Source: an uncultured delta proteobacterium (GTDB lineage: Bacteria; Myxococcota_A; Polyangia; Polyangiales; Houyiibacteriaceae). Taken from it: DNA of 64,000 nt. The position numbers and the translations under genes were made by a program. How positions within the stretch are numbered: the first letter of the stretch is position 1; every line of letters starts with the position of its first letter. Positions 62,647 through 64,000 of this stretch are shown piece by piece. The stretch spans positions 64,064 to 128,063 of the forward strand of contig CAVWBW010000008.1 in assembly GCA_963753395.1 (NCBI GenBank). The letters are read 5' to 3'. The notes below the pieces were generated by a model that saw nothing but the letters and a program-made list of their open reading frames with translations, did no database searches and was not told where the DNA came from.

Positions 62647-64000
62647 ATGCTCAGCCGCGCCGTAGACGCGCTGAAGCGCTGGGCTGACGAGCACAGGGAG
62701 TGGATCATCATCGGGGTGGCCCTCCCCGCTGGAACCGTCGCAGGAGCTCTCGAACGCGCAAGGTCGTCGTTCCGCCCGAGCCCCAAGCCATCCGAGCATG
62801 ATACGCGCGTCGAACGTATTCAGGACGACGTCAGGCGGTACGCGGAGGCGCGCGACGTAGGCGAGGCGTGGGCGCAGAAGCCGCTTCGCACCGATCGCAA
62901 GGGTTCCGCATCGTTGAACGTCCGGATGTCCGACAAGTCCGCTTCGCAGACGGTCAACATGAGCGACCTGAGGAACATCCTCGAGGTGGATGAGGCGCGC
63001 GGGGTAATCCGAGTCGAGCCGTTCGTGACGGTCGGCGACGCTGCTGCGTATCTCGACGAGCGGGGTCTACAGCTCGAGGCCACGATCGAGATGAAGGATG
63101 CGACGCTCGGCGGCCTGGTGATGGCGCTCGGCATGACGACTCACTCCCACGTGTGCGGTCTCGTCCACGACACGGTGACGGCGTACGAGATCATCAGCGC
63201 GAAGGGCGAGCTCCTTCGGGTCACCGCCGACAACGAGCATTCCGACCTCTTTCGCGCCCTCCCCTGGAGCCACGGAACACTAGGTCTCCTCGTCGCGCTC
63301 GAGATGCGCGTGGTTGCGGCATCGTCTCACGTTCGGCTCGTCTACCGACCGTTCTACTCGCTCGACGCATACGCGAAAGAATACCAGCGACTCGCCCGAG
63401 CAGAGAGCCCTCCCCACTTCATCGAGGTTCTGATCTTCGACAAGGATCGCGCTGTGCTGATGGAGGGACACCTCGCCACGAGTGCGGAGGTTCGAGGTAG
63501 CGGGCTCCCTGTGAACGCGGTCGACAAGGCACACAAGCCGCTCTTCTACAAGCACGTGGAGAGCATGCTCGAGCTCGGCGAAGGCCGACGGCGCGAAGAG
63601 CTCGTTCCAATGCTCGATTATCTCATGCGCCACGACCGGAGCATGTGTATGTGTCTCGCGCAGATTCTTCCGACGGCGAATGAGGCCTGGTTCCGCTACA
63701 GCATGGGATGGATGCTTCCGCCCAACATGAGCTTTCTCAAGGGCACGCGTCCGGAGGCAGAGCGCGAAAACACCATTCGCAAGCAAGTCTGGCAGGAGTT
63801 CGCGTTCCCCGCCGAACACTTCTCCGAGATAGTCGCCCGCGCCCATGAGGAGCTCGAGATTTATCCGCTGCTCGCCTACCCGTGCAAAGTCATCGACCAC
63901 GGCGGCATGGTCCGGGCACCCGGCAATCACGGCAAGCCGTACCGCGGCGAGCCCGAAACCGCGGCCTTTCTCGATCTCGGCATCTACGGAATCCCTGAGC
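62647..64000 (+). CDS. FAD-binding Delta24-sterol reductase-like protein (DHCR24/DWF1 family), 3'-truncated by window edge
   Basis: Translated by hand with no stop before the window end: HDTRVERIQDDVR, ILEVDEARGVIRVEPFVTVG, DLFRALPWSHGTLGLLVALEMRV, KPLFYKHVE, FRYSMGWMLPP, FLDLGIYGIP. Confidence 0.85.
   Translation, partial: MLSRAVDALKRWADEHREWIIIGVALPAGTVAGALERARSSFRPSPKPSEHDTRVERIQDDVRRYAEARDVGEAWAQKPLRTDRKGSASLNVRMSDKSASQTVNMSDLRNILEVDEARGVIRVEPFVTVGDAAAYLDERGLQLEATIEMKDATLGGLVMALGMTTHSHVCGLVHDTVTAYEIISAKGELLRVTADNEHSDLFRALPWSHGTLGLLVALEMRVVAASSHVRLVYRPFYSLDAYAKEYQRLARAESPPHFIEVLIFDKDRAVLMEGHLATSAEVRGSGLPVNAVDKAHKPLFYKHVESMLELGEGRRREELVPMLDYLMRHDRSMCMCLAQILPTANEAWFRYSMGWMLPPNMSFLKGTRPEAERENTIRKQVWQEFAFPAEHFSEIVARAHEELEIYPLLAYPCKVIDHGGMVRAPGNHGKPYRGEPETAAFLDLGIYGIPE

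Overview
High-GC chromosomal segment, almost certainly from a myxobacterium (Myxococcota, Polyangia-like), judged by MYXO-CTERM tails, an MXAN_5808-type S41 protease, an AgmX/PglI-C protein and Cys-rich lipoproteins. Core genes: mutS, pheA-hisC-aroA-cmk-rpsA, gap-pgk-tpiA-secG, CCA enzyme, pcm, lysC, yfgM-bamB-like pair, aqpZ, a pilR/pilin cluster with a sigma54 promoter, cobA/hemD and clpS-clpA-aat. No rRNA, tRNA, CRISPR or intact transposase was seen. Most notable observations: (1) an S1 protease ORF whose internal MYXO-CTERM is followed directly by a lipoprotein signal and a second domain, a possible two-in-one surface polyprotein, next to an internally deleted paralog; (2) a probable chromosomal dif site at 44364-44391 abutting a (TGACGC)13 microsatellite; (3) a eukaryote-like DHCR24/DIMINUTO sterol-reductase homolog at the right edge, absent from the ORF track; (4) a five-copy intergenic repeat built from GAA-loop hairpins plus a G-quadruplex motif; (5) a candidate minus-strand hairpin sRNA with a terminator; (6) pervasive leaderless-type promoters; (7) a pseudokinase, a frameshifted sigma factor and a PheA with degenerate catalytic motifs. 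All protein calls come from motif recognition by eye; no database search was run.
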